Assembly: GCA_944386475.1 (NCBI GenBank)
Contig: CALXBH010000004.1
Span: 1-64,000 of the forward strand
Length of the DNA: 64,000 bases
Source: an uncultured Clostridia bacterium
GTDB taxonomy: Bacteria; Bacillota; Clostridia; Oscillospirales; Ruminococcaceae
Direction of reading: 5' to 3'
Part shown: piece after piece, positions 45,786 to 55,607 of the stretch
How the letters are laid out: each line of letters starts with the position of its first letter
Numbering within the stretch: position 1 is the stretch's first letter
The notes under the pieces: generated by a model
What the model saw: only the letters and a program-made list of their open reading frames with translations
The model's database searches: none
What the model was told of the DNA's origin: nothing
Program-made: the position numbers and the translations under genes

Positions 45786-46040
45786 TTAGCCGTTTTGTCC
45801 CAAAATGACTTTCAGCTTTGCCAGCACTTTGGGGTCGCTTAAAAACTGCTGGGAGAGCTGGGGGTCGGACAGGATTTTTTGCAGTTTGGCGGCGTTGCGG
45901 GGCCCCATTTTTTGCAGAGCGTTTTGCAGGTTGCCGCTTTCCAGCTGCTGCTTTAACTCCTCCGGGGAAATACCAAGCTTATTCGACGCGGTTTTGAGCA
46001 TATCGTTTACCTGTCCGGCACTGAAATCGTTTTGGTTCAT
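45786..46040 (-). CDS. Small hypothetical protein (84 aa)
   Basis: MNQNDFSAGQVNDMLKTASNKLGISPEELKQQLESGNLQNALQKMGP... AGGAGG 9 nt upstream of ATG. First gene of the small-protein operon. Confidence 0.4.
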   Translation of the reverse strand: MNQNDFSAGQVNDMLKTASNKLGISPEELKQQLESGNLQNALQKMGPRNAAKLQKILSDPQLSQQFLSDPKVLAKLKVILGQNG

Positions 46041-46154
46041 AAAAAGGCCTCCTGTGAAATTTTTTGGGGATTCCGGTTTCATAGGGCTTTGCTTCTTTGT
46101 TATTTTATGATACAGTGGGATAGGATAGAACATGTGCTGAGAGGCGGCGATAAA

Positions 46155-46637
46155 ATGAGGATAATTGTTGTTTCGGATACCCACGGGGATTTTTGGTCCC
46201 TGCACGAGATTGTGGAAAAGCATCAGCGGGACGCGGACTTTTTTATCCACCTGGGGGACGGCGCCCGGGAATTAGCGGAGATTAAAGAAATGTACCCTGA
46301 CCGATTATTTTATTCGGTGCGGGGCAACTGTGACCTGGGTTCCCGGGAAAAGGAAGTGGGGACTATCACAGCCGGAGAGGTGAAGATACTCTATACTCAT
46401 GGTCATTTGTACCATGTAAAATACGGATTGTATGATTTGGAGGCGCTGGCCAGGGAAAATCACGCTCAGATCGCCCTGTACGGACACACCCACCGGGGGG
46501 AGACACAGTATGAAGACGGGCTTTACATCATGAATCCGGGGAGCCCTTCCCGCCCCCGGGACAGCGACCCCAGTTATGGGATTGTGGATATCACAAAAGC
46601 GGGAATTGTGCTGAATCTGGTAAAAATCAAACCGTAA
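46155..46637 (+). CDS. yfcE: YfcE/MJ0936 family metallophosphoesterase
   Basis: MRIIVVSDTHGD, LGDGA, GNCD and GHTH motifs of the calcineurin-like phosphoesterase fold. Length of 160 aa. Confidence 0.8.
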   Translation: MRIIVVSDTHGDFWSLHEIVEKHQRDADFFIHLGDGARELAEIKEMYPDRLFYSVRGNCDLGSREKEVGTITAGEVKILYTHGHLYHVKYGLYDLEALARENHAQIALYGHTHRGETQYEDGLYIMNPGSPSRPRDSDPSYGIVDITKAGIVLNLVKIKP

Positions 46638-46677
46638 AAGGAAATGGAAAAAGTTTTCGGATAGAAGGAGGATATCT

Positions 46678-47460
46678 ATGGACTCGTTTGGCATCAAAGG
46701 GCTTCACACCAAAAAGCTGGGGGAGCGCTTTTTGTGGTTTGACCGGCTGGGTTCCACCAACGACTATTTAAAAGAGCACGGGCCAAACCTTCCGGATGGG
46801 ACGGTGGCCGCCACGGCGGAACAGTATGAGGGCAAGGGCCGCCTGGGCCGGAGCTGGAACGTCCCCCGGGGGGAGACGGTAGCCATGTCGGTGCTGTTTC
46901 ATGATGTGAAGGAGGATATGCTTCCTTTACTGCCCCTCGTCTTCGGGCTGGCGGCGGCAAAAGGGCTGTCCGGGCTGACTGGGCAAAAGGCGCTTATTAA
47001 ATGGCCCAACGACGTGGTGATGGGCGGAAAAAAATTAGCGGGGATTTTATGTGAAAGCGTTATCGGCCCGCACCGGACCTTTGCCGTGTGCGGGATCGGG
47101 ATCAATGTGCTGCAAAAACAGGCGTATTTTGATGAGCAGGAACTTCCTTACGCCACCTCGCTCATTTTGGAAACCAAGGTGAACTACACCCTGGACGAAG
47201 TGGCTGCGGCTGTGTTAAACGAGCTGGAACCGGCGGTGGAAATCCTGCGGGAAAAGGGCTTCGGAGCGCTCAAACACGAGTATGAGTCCTACTGCGTCAC
47301 CCTGGGACGGCAGGTGCGGATTATCAAAGAGGGAGAGCAAAAAGAGGGTACGGCGCTGGCGGTAGGCGAAGACGGGGCGCTTTTGTGCAACATAGACGGG
47401 ACGCTGATTGCCGTGCGCTCCGGGGAAGCCTCGGTGCGGGGATTGTACGGGTACCTGTAA
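46678..47460 (+). CDS. birA: Biotin--[acetyl-CoA-carboxylase] ligase (group I BirA, no N-terminal HTH)
   Basis: GRLGRSW and KWPNDVVMGGKKLAGILCE motifs. Length of 260 aa. Confidence 0.85.
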   Translation: MDSFGIKGLHTKKLGERFLWFDRLGSTNDYLKEHGPNLPDGTVAATAEQYEGKGRLGRSWNVPRGETVAMSVLFHDVKEDMLPLLPLVFGLAAAKGLSGLTGQKALIKWPNDVVMGGKKLAGILCESVIGPHRTFAVCGIGINVLQKQAYFDEQELPYATSLILETKVNYTLDEVAAAVLNELEPAVEILREKGFGALKHEYESYCVTLGRQVRIIKEGEQKEGTALAVGEDGALLCNIDGTLIAVRSGEASVRGLYGYL

Positions 47461-47651
47461 AAGATCTTGCGCATAGCGGTATAAGGCCGTCCTTTGCCAA
47501 AACGGCAATAGCAAATGCGGAAAAATAGGAAAATTTTGATTTAACGATTTTTCCGCATAAATCCCTCTGTTTGGGGGATTGCCAGTCGGAATTATTTCCG
47601 GTATACTGGTCATATTGGAATCGGAAATCATTTGGGAAATGAGGAGATCAC

Positions 47652-48932
47652 ATGACAAATCCCGTTTTTTCTCCGGCAGATATCCTGCTCCCCAAAGGGC
47701 AGGATATGACAAAGTGGAGCGTGGTGGCCTGCGACCAGTATACCTCCGAGCCCGCCTATTGGGAGCGGGTGGAGGCGTTTGTAGGGGACAAACCTTCTAC
47801 TTTGCGTATTACATTGCCGGAAATATACTTAGAGAATTCAGAGGTGCCCCAAAAAATCCAATATGTCAACCAGACAATGGAGCAGTATGACCGGGAAGGG
47901 GTGTTTTGCTGCCTGCCACACAGCCTTGTGTATGTGGAACGGGCCCTATCCGGCGGCGGTGTGCGCAAGGGCCTGGTAGGCGCTGTAGACCTGGAGCGGT
48001 ATGACTACGCCAAAGGCTCCCAGAGCCTCATACGCGCCACCGAGGGGACGGTGCTGGAACGAATCCCGCCCCGGGTAAAGGTGCGGGAAAACGCCCTGCT
48101 GGAAAGTCCTCACATCATGCTGCTGATCGACGACAAAGAGGATACGGTGATCGGCCCTCTTGCACAGAGCAAAGAGGAATTTGCGCCGGTGTATGATTTT
48201 GATCTGATGGAAAACGGCGGCCATATCAAAGGCTGGCAGGTTTCCCCTGAAAAAGCCCAGGGAGTTTTAGCGGCGCTGGAGCAGCTGGCACAGCCGGAGG
48301 CCTTCCGGGAAAAATACGGCGCGCCGGAGGACAAGGGCGTTTTGCTGTTTGCCGTGGGGGACGGCAACCACTCCCTGGCCACGGCCAAAGCCTGTTATGA
48401 AAATTTGAAAAAAGTCCTTCCGCCGGAACAGGCGGCTGTCCATCCGGCGCGGTATGCGCTGGTGGAACTTAATAATATTCACGATCCCGCCCTGGAGTTC
48501 GAGGCAATCCACCGGGTGGTGTTCGGCGTGGATGGTGGGGAGATGTATAAAGCGCTTTCCCGGTATTTTGATTTGTCGGAGGCTCCCTGCAACGGACAGC
48601 CGGTCACCATGCTGTGGCAGGGGGAGGGGGGCCTTTTCGAGAAGCCCCTTTGGATTCAAAATCCCTGCTCCCAGCTGGCGGTAGGATCGCTGCAGGCGTT
48701 TTTGGACGGGTATCTTTCCTCCCATAAGGGACGGGTGGATTACATCCACGGGGAGGATGTGGTGCGAAAGCTGGCGGGACAGCCCGGCAACGTGGGCTTT
48801 CTGTTGCCGGATATGGGGAAAGGGGAATTGTTCCCCACCGTGATCTTTGACGGCGCGCTGCCCCGGAAGACCTTTTCCATGGGCCACGCCTGGGACAAGC
48901 GGTATTACCTGGAATGCCGCAAGATCCGGTAA
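47652..48932 (+). CDS. DUF1015-family protein (uncharacterised conserved protein)
   Basis: ~426 aa. The N-terminal SVVACDQYTSEP and central FAVGDGNHSLATAKA resemble the recalled DUF1015 conserved blocks. Assignment is from memory only. Confidence 0.5.
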   Translation: MTNPVFSPADILLPKGQDMTKWSVVACDQYTSEPAYWERVEAFVGDKPSTLRITLPEIYLENSEVPQKIQYVNQTMEQYDREGVFCCLPHSLVYVERALSGGGVRKGLVGAVDLERYDYAKGSQSLIRATEGTVLERIPPRVKVRENALLESPHIMLLIDDKEDTVIGPLAQSKEEFAPVYDFDLMENGGHIKGWQVSPEKAQGVLAALEQLAQPEAFREKYGAPEDKGVLLFAVGDGNHSLATAKACYENLKKVLPPEQAAVHPARYALVELNNIHDPALEFEAIHRVVFGVDGGEMYKALSRYFDLSEAPCNGQPVTMLWQGEGGLFEKPLWIQNPCSQLAVGSLQAFLDGYLSSHKGRVDYIHGEDVVRKLAGQPGNVGFLLPDMGKGELFPTVIFDGALPRKTFSMGHAWDKRYYLECRKIR

Positions 48933-48989
48933 CAGGGAATTTATAAAAGGGGACTTTTGCAAAGCAGGAATCCCCTGGTTAATTTGGAT

Positions 48990-49034
48990 AAAAAACAGTT
49001 GCCGCCCATTTAATATGGGCGGCAACTGTTTTTT
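48990..49034. terminator. Bidirectional terminator (REP-like GC palindrome) between DUF1015 gene and anti-sigma gene
   Basis: AAAAAACAGTTGCCGCCCA-tttaatat-GGGCGGCAACTGTTTTTT. A related palindrome is reused at 54076-54122. Confidence 0.6.
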
Positions 49035-50154
49035 ACTGATAAGCGGCAAAAATCGCGTCAAATGTTTCCCCTGGCATCTTGACATAATACCAGTTCAGAT
49101 GATAATACCCCACATAGCCGCCTTCAAACAGCTGCAGCATCACCTGCGTGCCGTCCTTCATAGTCAGGTACAAAGGGGGCTGGTAGCGGTAGCTCTGGTA
49201 AAAGTCCGGGTCGTCCGCGAGGGTATCATAGGTATATTCGAACGGAGCATTATATAATTCCTCGATAAAATCATTTATCTGCTGATCGGTGACACCGGAA
49301 AGTTCCCGAAAGTCTATGCCATAAGAATCATCACTCCAGCTTTCGTAGGTCTGGCATCTTGCAGAGGCCCAGTTATCTTTTATATGCAGCCGGTCGCCGA
49401 ACAGATCTTTTCCGGTGCTGAGCTCAATGTCGTTGAGGCGCTCAAAAAACAGGATCTCTTTGACTGTACCGCCGCTTTCATTCGTATGCTTCTCCACCAG
49501 GCAAAGGCGGAAGCCTATGTCATACCCCTTGACGGAATAGACATCTCCGGTGTTCGTGGAGGCAAATTCTGTGTCATAGTCCTCCCGGGTGGACCATTCG
49601 TCGATGCTGTCGGTGGCGTGGCCCAGATAGTCGCCTACTAGGTCTTCAATCGCTTCTGCGTCGGTGTCGTAGTAGACCTGGGCCTGGGAATAGATGTGGC
49701 CATTATAGACGATCAGCCCTCTCATAGCATATGAAGAGGGATTAAAGTCTTCCGGCAGCTCGATGGCGGGAACATAAAGGGTACCGCCTAGGTTGTTTTG
49801 GTCGAAGGTACTGCCGCTGTTTACCTCATTGTTATTTCCAGCGGGAGGGTCGACGGTGTCTAGGTTATCATCCTTAGAGTTGCTTTCGCTGGCAGGCTCA
49901 CTGCTGTTTCCGGCAGAGGAGGAGGGATTTAAAAGGGTATCGGTTGGCGGGTTAGGCTGCTCCCTGCCGGGAGAAATAAGGGAACGCAGCGGGGTAAAGG
50001 GGAGCACGGCCAGAAGGGCCAGGCAGGCGGCGCAGGCGGCGATTTTTGACCATATCCGCAAAGGACGCCGCTGATTTTTCTGAAAAGCTTCCGCTTCGTC
50101 TATATAGTTGTCGTTAATGCCGCCGATGCAGTGGGCTAAACGGTCTTGTTTCAT
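49033..50154 (-). CDS. Membrane-anchored anti-sigma factor (cognate to the upstream ECF sigma)
   Basis: 4-bp overlap with the sigma gene. N-terminal cytoplasmic segment, a single TM (IAACAACLALLAVLPF) and a large extracytoplasmic domain. Confidence 0.6.
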   Translation of the reverse strand: MKQDRLAHCIGGINDNYIDEAEAFQKNQRRPLRIWSKIAACAACLALLAVLPFTPLRSLISPGREQPNPPTDTLLNPSSSAGNSSEPASESNSKDDNLDTVDPPAGNNNEVNSGSTFDQNNLGGTLYVPAIELPEDFNPSSYAMRGLIVYNGHIYSQAQVYYDTDAEAIEDLVGDYLGHATDSIDEWSTREDYDTEFASTNTGDVYSVKGYDIGFRLCLVEKHTNESGGTVKEILFFERLNDIELSTGKDLFGDRLHIKDNWASARCQTYESWSDDSYGIDFRELSGVTDQQINDFIEELYNAPFEYTYDTLADDPDFYQSYRYQPPLYLTMKDGTQVMLQLFEGGYVGYYHLNWYYVKMPGETFDAIFAAYQ

Positions 50155-50711
50155 AGGGCGATCTCCTCCGATTCCAGGTGCTTTTTAAGGCTTTCCCGCA
50201 GGCGTCTTAAAAGCGAATTGGTTTTGCTTACCGACCATCCCATCCGGACAGAGAGGTCTTTTAAGCTGTCAAAATACCAGTAGCGGCGGACAAAGGCCAC
50301 CCGCTGCTGCTTGGGGAGGGTGTCAAGCCATCGGTTTAACGACTGGGTGATCTCCTGATCCTCCAGCTCTTTTTCCGGTGTGGATAAGTCCGGCAGGCAG
50401 CCTTCCAGCTCGTCAAGGACCACGCAAGCGCTTTTGCCGCCCCGTTTTTCCCGGGACAGGTCCCGCAGGCGGTTAAGCGCCAGATTCCGGGTGATCCGGC
50501 AGATAAACGCCTTAAGCGATGCTGGACGCTGGGGAGGAATGGCTTTCCAGCCCCGCAGCCAGGTGTCGTTTAAACATTCCTCACTGCTGCCGCTGTCCTC
50601 CAGAATGCGCAGGGCGATGCTGCGGCAGATCCCGCCGTATTTTTGTTCGGTCTGGCGGATGGCGCTTTCATCCCGCTGCCAGAATAGCTCGATGATTTTT
50701 TCGTCCTCCAT
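50151..50711 (-). CDS. ECF-type RNA polymerase sigma-70 factor
   Basis: Region 2 (FICRITRNLALNRLRD) and region 4 HTH (LPKQQRVAFVRRYWYFDSLKDLSVRMGWSVSKTNSLLRRLR). Start at MEDEKII with a GGAGGAGG RBS. The tracked ORF extends to 50798. Confidence 0.8.
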   Translation of the reverse strand: MEDEKIIELFWQRDESAIRQTEQKYGGICRSIALRILEDSGSSEECLNDTWLRGWKAIPPQRPASLKAFICRITRNLALNRLRDLSREKRGGKSACVVLDELEGCLPDLSTPEKELEDQEITQSLNRWLDTLPKQQRVAFVRRYWYFDSLKDLSVRMGWSVSKTNSLLRRLRESLKKHLESEEIAL

Positions 50712-50843
50712 AAGGTTTCCTCCTCCCCCAAAGGCCTTTTCACTTATATAGACCCCCAAAAACGGAAAACTGTTCACCGGTAATCCTATTTGTACCATAT
50801 GATGATTTATTAGCTATTGAAAGCCAACATGGAACGCTTGGAT

Positions 50844-51018
50844 CGTCAAAAACCGGCGACAGATGTGCAAAGATTCATTGCAAAATTTATCATTTTACAA
50901 TGAATCTTAAAAAATCGCTTGCGGGCCATAAAGCTGGTCTGCATTTCGCATCTTACAGATGCGAAACCGCGATTTTTCCGTTGGGGAATGTTAGAAGGGG
51001 GGAAAAGCCCCTCTTCTA
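50844..51018 (+). repeat. Structured intergenic repeat, copy A (conserved 5' AAAACCGGCGACAG-TG and 3' TTGGGGAATG-TTAGAAGGGGGG-loop-CCCCTCTTCTA ends, ~80-nt extra internal hairpins)
   Basis: Shares its termini and a central CCGCGATT with a second copy at 54695-54797. It contains three predicted hairpins. Confidence 0.4.
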
Positions 51019-51224
51019 CAAATCTATTGTACCATAAAATAGGATTACCGGCCTTTTCTTCATGCTTTTTAGTTTAAAAAACAGGAACCCCAAAAAGCTT
51101 TTCTCCATAGGATAGGGTAAACACAGTTAAAATGAATCTGCGAGCGCCCTTTGCCGGATGGGAGCGCGTCCTTTTCTAACAGGGCAAAGGGCCTTTGACT
51201 ATATACCTTTGGGGGAAATTTTTT

Positions 51225-52103
51225 ATGAACACGCAAAAAACCTTTTTTGTGGCGGGAGGCGATCTGCGGCAGGCCTTTGTAGCGGGGCATCTGACCCGGG
51301 ACTACACCGTTTATGCCCTGGGCTTTGACAACAATGTGGAGCTCCCAGGCGGGGTGATCCCCATCGAGTCGGTGTGCGAGCTTCACGCGCCGCCGGATTA
51401 CATCCTTTTTCCTATCCCTGCCACCAACGACGGCGAGCATGTGAACATGCCCCTTTCCCATAAACATACAAAACTCAAAGACGTTTTGGAAGCCGCCGGG
51501 CCGGATACGGTGGTGTTCGCCGGAAAAGCCGGCGGCGCCTTGGCGGCCATGTGCCATTTGCAGGGGCTTCCTCTGATCGATTATATGGAGCGGGAGGAAC
51601 TGGCTGTGCTAAACGCCGTCCCCACCGCCGAGGGCGCTGTCCAGATCGCTATGGAGGAAATGCCCACCACGTTATTTAGACAAAAATGCCTGATTACCGG
51701 CTGCGGCCGGATCGCCAAGGCACTGATCCGTGTTTTAAGCGGGTTTGGGATGGATGTCACCATTGCCGCCCGCAAATACGGGGATTTAGCCTGGGCCAAG
51801 GTGTACGGCTGTCACGGGCTTCCCATCCGGGAGCTTGCAACCCGGGCGGGAGAGTTCGATTTGATTTTAAATACCGTCCCGGCGATTTTGTTCGGCCAAA
51901 AGGTCCTTAAACAGCTGAAACCGGGCTGCCTGCTCATCGACCTGGCCTCCAAGCCGGGGGGAGTGGACTTCACCATGGCGAAAGAGCTGGGTGTGAAGGT
52001 TATCTGGGCGCTGTCCCTGCCCGGGAAAGTGGCGCCTGTGACCGCCGGAGAAATTATCAGTAACACCATCGGCAACATCATGGAGGAAAGGGGAATCGGG
52101 TAA
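51225..52103 (+). CDS. dpaA: Dipicolinate synthase subunit A
   Basis: Rossmann motif ITGCGRIAKAL and overall similarity to the SpoVFA family. Followed within 2 nt by dpaB. Confidence 0.85.
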   Translation: MNTQKTFFVAGGDLRQAFVAGHLTRDYTVYALGFDNNVELPGGVIPIESVCELHAPPDYILFPIPATNDGEHVNMPLSHKHTKLKDVLEAAGPDTVVFAGKAGGALAAMCHLQGLPLIDYMEREELAVLNAVPTAEGAVQIAMEEMPTTLFRQKCLITGCGRIAKALIRVLSGFGMDVTIAARKYGDLAWAKVYGCHGLPIRELATRAGEFDLILNTVPAILFGQKVLKQLKPGCLLIDLASKPGGVDFTMAKELGVKVIWALSLPGKVAPVTAGEIISNTIGNIMEERGIG

Positions 52104-52104
52104 T

Positions 52105-52683
52105 ATGAAACAGGTAAAAGTGGGGTTTGCCCTGTGCGGGTCGTTTTGCACCTTCCAGGCGGTGATCCAACAGATGGAAACGCTGATTGCCGAAGGGTAT
52201 GAGCTTTTTCCCATCATGTCCGACAACGCCTACCGGTTGGATACCCGCTTTGGCAAAGCAGAGGATTTCGTCGCCACGGTGGAAACCATTTGCAGCCGGC
52301 GGATTATCCACACCATCCCGCAGGCGGAGCCTATCGGCCCGCAAAAGATGTTCGATGTGCTGGTGGTGGCCCCCTGCACCGGGAATACTTTGGCAAAACT
52401 TGCAAACTCTATTGTGGATACGCCGGTAACCATGGCGGTGAAATCCCACCTGCGAAACGGCCGCCCGGTGGTGATCGCCGTTTCCACCAACGACGCGTTG
52501 TCCGGCTGCGCCCAGAATATCGGCAAGCTGCTTAACAAAAAGCATTTCTATTTTGTCCCCATGCGGCAGGATAACTGTGAGAAAAAACCCGCCTCGATTG
52601 TGGCGGATTTTACCCGGATCGGCCCCGCTGTTGACGCCGCGCTGGAAGGCCGGCAGCTTCAGCCGCTGTTGTGTACACAATAG
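52105..52683 (+). CDS. dpaB: Dipicolinate synthase subunit B (flavoprotein)
   Basis: KVGFALCGSFCTF N-terminus and VVAPCTGNTLAKLANSI, typical of SpoVFB/HFCD-family flavoproteins. Length of 192 aa. Confidence 0.85.
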   Translation: MKQVKVGFALCGSFCTFQAVIQQMETLIAEGYELFPIMSDNAYRLDTRFGKAEDFVATVETICSRRIIHTIPQAEPIGPQKMFDVLVVAPCTGNTLAKLANSIVDTPVTMAVKSHLRNGRPVVIAVSTNDALSGCAQNIGKLLNKKHFYFVPMRQDNCEKKPASIVADFTRIGPAVDAALEGRQLQPLLCTQ

Positions 52684-52816
52684 GGCAAAAATCTTATCAG
52701 AATTTACACATATTAACAATATGTTCATTGTATTAACGAACTAATTCCTGTAAACTAGTCTTAGAATAAAATGGCGCGGGAATTTCCGGCGTGGGATGTG
52801 TAAAGGAGCTGTTAGC

Positions 52817-54046
52817 ATGGATCAATTCGGAATCAGTAAACTGGACTTAAAACGGCGCAATCGGATGCAGATTTTAAAACTTCTGCGCCAAAAAGGACCG
52901 ACCTCCCGGATTGATATCTCGGCAGCGCTGGAATTGACCCGGGCGGCGGTGACCATTATCACCAACGAGATGATCGAACAGGGCATCATCTACGAAAAAG
53001 GGGAGGCAAACCCCTTGGGGCAAAAAGCCGCCCGCGGCCGCAAAAAGATCTTACTGGATATTAACAGCAATTATAAATTCGCCTTCGGCGTGGTGGTGGA
53101 TGTGGGCTGCATCAGCGTGGGGCTGTCCAATATAAGCGGCGAGGTGCTGGACAAGCAGTTTTACACCCTTTCGATCGAGGAAAAACGGCCGGAGGTTGTG
53201 CGCAAAATCTGCGAGATCGTCACCCGGATTAAGGACAACAACTGCCTGGACAGCGACGCCATCCTGGGACTGGGGCTGTGCATCTCCGAAAACGAGTACA
53301 GCCGGATGCAGGTGGCGGTGGAGCATTATGTGCCCGATTTGTCCGGCTTGAAAAACGAGCTGGAAAACGAGCTTTCGGTTCCCGTCACGGTCTGCGAGAC
53401 GGTTAAGGCCCTGGCGCTGGCGGAAATCGACTTTAACTTTAAAGGCCAGGTAAAACCCCGCAACATGGTGTTTATCCGCTATGGGGAGGAAATCGACGCG
53501 GCGGTGGTGCTGCAAAACCGCATCTATGCCGGAACCAACAACCGCTCCGCCCGGTTTGGGCACCTGATCGTCAACCCCCAGGGCAGAGAATGCGCCTGCG
53601 GGCGGATAGGATGCGCTGTCACCGAAATTTCCCGCACCGTGCTTCTGCACAAGGTGCGGCAGGTGTACTCCCAGGAAAACACCCCCGCTTTGTACGAGGC
53701 TACCGGCGGCAATCCGGAGAATATCGGCGTGCTGCTGCAAAACGTTTCCTTACAGTTTGCCGACCGGGCGATATCCGATATCTTTAAGGGCGCGGCGGAA
53801 TATTTTGCCATCGCGGTGGTGAATATGGTCACCATGTTCGATCCCGAAAAGGTGGTCTTTTTCGGGGATATCTGCTTAAACCAGGCGTTTTTAGAGTATG
53901 CTAAAAGCCGGATGTCCTATCTTGCCCATTACCGCTATTCCGACCTGACGGTGGAAAGCGCCTTTAACCAAAAGATGATCTATCTGGCCGGCTGCGCGGT
54001 GGCCATCCGGGAATTTTTCATTGAAAGAGGCGGCTTTGTCCGGTAA
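52817..54046 (+). CDS. ROK family transcriptional regulator (NagC/XylR-like)
   Basis: N-terminal winged HTH (MQILKLLRQKGPTSRIDISAALELTRAAVTIITNEMIEQGII). ROK sugar-kinase-like domain with Zn motif CACGRIGC. Start at MDQFGIS with an AAAGGAG RBS. Confidence 0.8.
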   Translation: MDQFGISKLDLKRRNRMQILKLLRQKGPTSRIDISAALELTRAAVTIITNEMIEQGIIYEKGEANPLGQKAARGRKKILLDINSNYKFAFGVVVDVGCISVGLSNISGEVLDKQFYTLSIEEKRPEVVRKICEIVTRIKDNNCLDSDAILGLGLCISENEYSRMQVAVEHYVPDLSGLKNELENELSVPVTVCETVKALALAEIDFNFKGQVKPRNMVFIRYGEEIDAAVVLQNRIYAGTNNRSARFGHLIVNPQGRECACGRIGCAVTEISRTVLLHKVRQVYSQENTPALYEATGGNPENIGVLLQNVSLQFADRAISDIFKGAAEYFAIAVVNMVTMFDPEKVVFFGDICLNQAFLEYAKSRMSYLAHYRYSDLTVESAFNQKMIYLAGCAVAIREFFIERGGFVR

Positions 54047-54075
54047 CCAGGCCGCCGGCAAAAGAAAAAGCCGTT

Positions 54076-54122
54076 AAAAAACCACTTGCCGCCCGTGCTG
54101 AATGGGCGGCAAGTGGTTTTTT
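54076..54122 (+). terminator. Rho-independent terminator after the ROK gene (REP-like palindrome related to 48990-49034)
   Basis: AAAAAACCACTTGCCGCCC-gtgctgaat-GGGCGGCAAGTGGTTTTTT. Confidence 0.6.
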
Positions 54123-54694
54123 AAGAGGCTGCCAGGCAAACGTATGGCAGTACCCCCCTTTTTTACGGCTAGAAGCCCGAAAGATGCGATTCCTGTGTGA
54201 AACGCATCTTTCGGGCTTCTCAGAAATGGAATGTCAAAACTGCTGGCCGTTTTTTCTCTTTAGGCCGGCAGTTGTGCGGGTGCTAACAGGCGAAACACCC
54301 GCTGTAGACAGGAGGCCATCAAAACTTATCTGTGGACGCGTTTCTTTTTCCATACTCCCCAATTTTGCGGATCAGGGCCGTTGGCCACACCGCCGTTCGC
54401 GGTTTTGCGGCAGCACCCTGGCGGAACTTTCGTTGTTCCTATAGGCAATCCCCAGGCGCCCACGCCAACAGTTTGGTGGCGGTACAGGTGTTTATTTTTC
54501 TTTCTCTAAAAACCTGTACACCCCTTATAACTCATTTAAGAGGGGTTTTGTGACAAAAAAGTCGAACTTTGTAATAAAACACAAATTGTTAACAGATTTC
54601 TTGTGAAACTGCACAATAAATAAGCAGGCCCCGCTGGGTTTTCCAAGCGGGGCCTGCATGAAACGAAAAAGACTAAAAACGAAAATATTTAAAT

Positions 54695-54797
54695 CGCCAA
54701 AACCGGCGACAGGTGCGTCGGTTTTGGCATACAACAAATCCCGCGATTGCGGGATTTGTTGGGGGAATGATTAGAAGGGGGGCTTGCCCCTCTTCTA
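54695..54797 (+). repeat. Structured intergenic repeat, copy B (compact version)
   Basis: CGCCAAAACCGGCGACAGGTGCG...AATCCCGCGATTGCGGGATTT...GTTGGGGGAATGATTAGAAGGGGGGcttgCCCCTCTTCTA. Same termini as copy A. Confidence 0.4.
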
Positions 54798-54882
54798 GGC
54801 TGTCGACTTTGTCCACAAGCCCAAACGGGGAAGGCCCCGCTTGGCCGGTGTGTTTTACCTGCTTGTTTACCGGCTGTTTTGA

Positions 54883-55323
54883 TTATTCGCTGAATACAAG
54901 CTCGCCTGTGTAAACAGTGGGCCGTTCCACCACGGTGCCCGAACCGTTGTAGATGGCGAATTCCACCTCGGCCCGGTAGGTGCCGTTTCCATCATTCATA
55001 AAGGGAAACTGTTTGTTGATAACCTGGCCCTGAATCAGCTCGTCGGCGGATTCTACCTCGTTCCACCACCACAAAAACTTTTTCTGAAGCTTCACCCGGA
55101 CCCACACCATGGTGACGTCGCTGGTGCCTCTAAAGTCTGCATGGCAGTAAATGCCGATTCCATCTTCGGTGAGGTAAGCGTTTACCTGAGTGGCGTGCTC
55201 ATAAAAGGGCACGACCTCGTACGCCTCGTCGGTGGAAACCTCCGGCTCCTGGGCGCTGGCCGCCAGGGGGACGGTGAACAGCATCACGCAGCACAACAAC
55301 ACGCTGACGAATTTTTTAAACAT
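54883..55323 (-). CDS. Small secreted hypothetical protein (signal peptide, ~145 aa)
   Basis: MFKKFVSVLLCCVMLFTVPLAASA signal peptide with an AxA cleavage site. Last gene of a co-oriented block: SipW-like, sigma, anti-sigma, this gene. Confidence 0.5.
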   Translation of the reverse strand: MFKKFVSVLLCCVMLFTVPLAASAQEPEVSTDEAYEVVPFYEHATQVNAYLTEDGIGIYCHADFRGTSDVTMVWVRVKLQKKFLWWWNEVESADELIQGQVINKQFPFMNDGNGTYRAEVEFAIYNGSGTVVERPTVYTGELVFSE

Positions 55324-55607
55324 AACACATACAACCTTCCTCAAAAATTTTTGGCAGATTTTGTTTCCTGCCGCCTCTATAAACCGCATTTTCCCCCTGG
55401 TTGTGACAAAAATCGTGGACATTTTGACAGTTTCGGCAGGTCAAAAAACCTTCGTCCGGTTTTGGAACGGGATTTTACATACCCTGCAAAACACCCTGCA
55501 CCCTGTTTAAAACGTAAAATTCCCGCCCAGGCCTGCCGGCCGGGCGGGAATTTTAGAAATGGATATAGAAATGGAAATAAACGCACACAAGCAAAACAGA
55601 AAGGGCG

